A DNA stretch of 63,799 nucleotides, counting the filler, from Octopus bimaculoides (taxonomy: Eukaryota), in assembly GCF_001194135.2 (NCBI RefSeq). It is 6 parts of 5 records of this genome, joined end to end, with 100 filler letters (N's around TTAATTAATTAA, not from the genome) between each part and the next. Parts side by side here need not be neighbours in the genome. Positions count along the whole stretch, not along the records: positions 56,302 to 62,623 come from NC_068995.1; positions 62,724 to 63,799 come from NW_026347608.1; 4 more parts are not named here. One strand, written 5' to 3'. How positions within the stretch are numbered: the first letter of the stretch is position 1; each line of letters begins with the position of its first letter. A program made the position numbers and the translations under genes. Positions 60,991 to 63,799 of this stretch are shown here, piece after piece. Below the pieces are notes generated by a model that saw only the letters and a list, made by a program, of their open reading frames with translations, was not told the DNA's origin and searched no databases.

Positions 60991-62582
60991 GTTTAAGGTG
61001 TATAGGCTTGTATTTTAGCAGAACACAATTTGGCTTTCAGAGGAATTTCAAACGTAAGAGGGTTTTTCTTTCTTTTCTTTTCCTTTTTTTTATTGTTTAT
61101 TTTTTGGTCTTGTTGATCTGCTCGTAAAATGTAGTCAGACAATGCACAAAATTTTACATTGTATTGCGTATAAAGAAACACCTTCGCTATTGTGACAAAA
61201 ATGTTTTGAATGAAATAATCGATTTGTTGGGAAATGCGGCGTAAGAAAATATATCAAAACCGAGCTAAAGAAGCCAAATATTTCCCCCTTTATGACTTCG
61301 AATGGATGTCTGATATTAGTCATATGGAACAACTTTTAGATATAGGAAACATTTCCATAACGGAACTTCTCGTCAGCTAATAAACCAATTATAGATACTA
61401 CAGACACGTGATTATATGAAAGAATACTTGAGTTTCCTCAGAGAAAGTGGTAGAGAGAGACAGAGAGTAAAAAAGAAAGAGAGACAGAAGGAGAGAGAGA
61501 GAAAGGGAGAGAGAGAGAGAAAGAGAGAGAGAAAAAAGCTAGATTTTGCAGAGGTCAGGAATACGATAATCGTTCAAATATGAACAGAAAATGATGAAGG
61601 AGTTGAGTATGGGTCATGAAGGAAAAACTCACTTATATACGTCATAGGCTGAACTTAGCACTTGGGTATAGTGCAACACGTTTTCTGGTATCCCTACATT
61701 TCATTTCTTGGTACTGTTAAGTACTAATGTATTTTGTTTGCGGCTTCTCTTATATAACGGTATGATATACTGAAGAGTATGTTAAATGGTTCGATACAAA
61801 ACCTTTATGAGAGACTAAATAAAAGTGAAGACTAGAAAGGTGTCAATGTCATTAAGTTTGAAATTACTGGAATTTGAAAAGAATAAACGAACAAGCGAAT
61901 AAAAGAAAGAATATAAATTTGAATAGTGACAAAAATTTCAAAAGAAATAACACATAGGGGTTTTAAAATAGCATTAAAAGATTTGTCAGATAAAAATAAA
62001 CTGAGGTTAACTTGTCAAGGCTTGGAAGATAAGTTAAGGTAGCAAGAAAATTTTGATGTTAGCGGAAGCGCTCGCTTGATTGAAGTAGATATTGCGAAAG
62101 AGCATAAGAATTATTTCCTGGAGATGTAAAGCTTCCGATGTAAAGCTTCCGATAGAAGCTGTTAGATTCCTCGGCAGTAATATCTTACAGGATGTCAGAC
62201 AAAAAAATTGTCAGTTCCTTTTACGAAGTTCATAACTGAGGCCTTCGCGAAAATACGAGAGAGAAGTTTGTTTTTTTTTGTTAGTAAATTAATGTTTATA
62301 AAGGTATTTTTACGGTCATCTATGATAAAAGACGAATTAAAATTCATTAGTATTTTTTATCAATATTATGAAATAATATTGTAAAAAAATATATTGTTGA
62401 AATACTGTGAATAACCGTTAACTCTAAAGTCGAGAAAAATGTCTGAGAATAACGTTTGAAGGTCCTTTATTCACGTGGTTTGATTTATTTTGAGAAATTC
62501 GTAACATCTGCAAGAGATCAACGCCAGTTTTCGAACTTTCTTCCATTCAATGTCTGCAACAAAATTCTGGATTGGATTCTCA

Positions 62583-62623
<41 letters not shown>

Positions 62624-63324
62624 NNNNNNNNNNNNNNNNNNNNNNNNNNNNNNNNNNNNNNNNNNNNTTAATTAATTAANNNNNNNNNNNNNNNNNNNNN
62701 NNNNNNNNNNNNNNNNNNNNNNNAAATTTTTTCTGCACAGTTACCTATCGGTATAGTGGTCATTTGCAAACTCTAGAAGCAACACTTTCATTTCCATTTA
62801 CTCCAAACGTCACGTTGTTATTTCAATTGGGTCATGCCCTTCCAATTGCTATAGATCCGTAATGCATCTTACAGCTGTGCCTGTCACTTGTATTGTGAGG
62901 AATCCTACATTGGGGAGTAGTAACGACTAGGCTAGGGTAGCTGACTGATTATCATGATCATTTGTCTTTTGCTTTCCTGTAGCTTTGCTCTCTTCTACAA
63001 ACACAGTGAACATACATATATTCTCTATTTCAAAGAAATTCAAACAATACATATAAGACCCAAGTTAAAAACATTCCCAACAATTCAACTTCTCTGGTTG
63101 ACATTAACACACCCACCCCCAATAGGGGCCTTAACTCCCACATTTTTCAGCTCCATGAGCTCCATTTTCAGGAGAAAAATCCTTTTTACAGGGTCCATAA
63201 CACTGGAATTTTGGAATGTGCACATAAATATCAGTAGTATGGGATACATGTGTCATGATTAGAATTTTTTTAGGGTGTGTAAAGAAGGAAAGAACCCTCA
63301 TGTGCAATTTTGATGAAATCCCAA

Positions 63325-63671
63325 TCATAGGGATCAAGAAGATGATGTCACACGTTATCGAGGCTATCATTCTTTCTGGATGTGCAAAAGGGGATGACGT
63401 CTTTATTCCAAGAATTCCTCTTACTCCATCAGGAGCAGACATTCCTTTTACATTCAGAAGACTGCAATTCCACCTTCGTGTCACTTTTGCACTGTCCATT
63501 AACAAATCTGAGGGTCAAACCCTCTCTGTGGCTGGTCTTCTCTTGGAAGAGCCCTGCTTCTCACATGGACAACTGTATGTTGGCTGCTCAAGAGTGGGAA
63601 GCAAAACAAACCTATTTGCATATGCTCCACAAGGAAAAACAAGGAATATTGTTTACAACGAGGTGTTATAA
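63325..63671 (+). pseudogene. Helitron PIF1-like helicase C-terminal fragment
   Basis: VFIPRIPL.PS...PFTFRRLQF.LRV.FA.SINKSEGQTL..AGL.L..PCFSHGQLYVGCSRVG...KTRNIVYNEVL*. Confidence 0.85.
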
Positions 63672-63799
63672 TGACAACAGCAAGAAAGTATGTACATGAT
63701 CACTTTTTTACCAAAAATCATTGACTTCCATGTATTTATATTGATATACATATATATATGTGTGTGTGTTTGGGTGTGTGTGTGTATATATATCTATAT

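Overview
Eukaryotic, AT-rich, gap-riddled, microsatellite-dense DNA with no recognisable host protein-coding exon. The repeat content (tRNA-derived SINEs with CORE-like and Meta-like domains, Penelope-like elements, R4/Dong, RTE, Tx1 and CR1-like LINEs, mariner, hAT, a Helitron helicase fragment, a divergent 28S rDNA piece) resembles a cephalopod genome, probably Octopus; that is recall, not a database result. Nearly all long ORFs in the track are microsatellite or N-gap artefacts. The real coding remnants are transposon-derived: Penelope RT and GIY-YIG (21.1-25.4 kb, 37.1-37.5 kb), R4/Dong (18.9-20.3 kb), mariner (14.0-15.3 kb), RTE (41-43.3 kb), hAT (28.5-29.5 kb) and PIF1 helicase (63.3-63.7 kb). 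The main signal is a set of minimal type I hammerhead ribozyme (HHR) motifs. Two sit in the 3' repeats of the two Penelope copies and one in a lone repeat copy at 35.4 kb. The rest lie inside five MITE-looking palindromes, each with the HHR reading outward from the centre. Intact or covarying examples include a recurrent U4C core and a compensated U3-A8 core. Secondary signals are a SINE family that inserts at AGAA, including into its own head, and is almost all on one strand, and LINE families tied to (TAA)n and (CATA)n microsatellites. Five TTAATTAATTAA linkers inside N runs are assembly artefacts, so adjacency across them is uncertain. All alignments and folds were done by eye.
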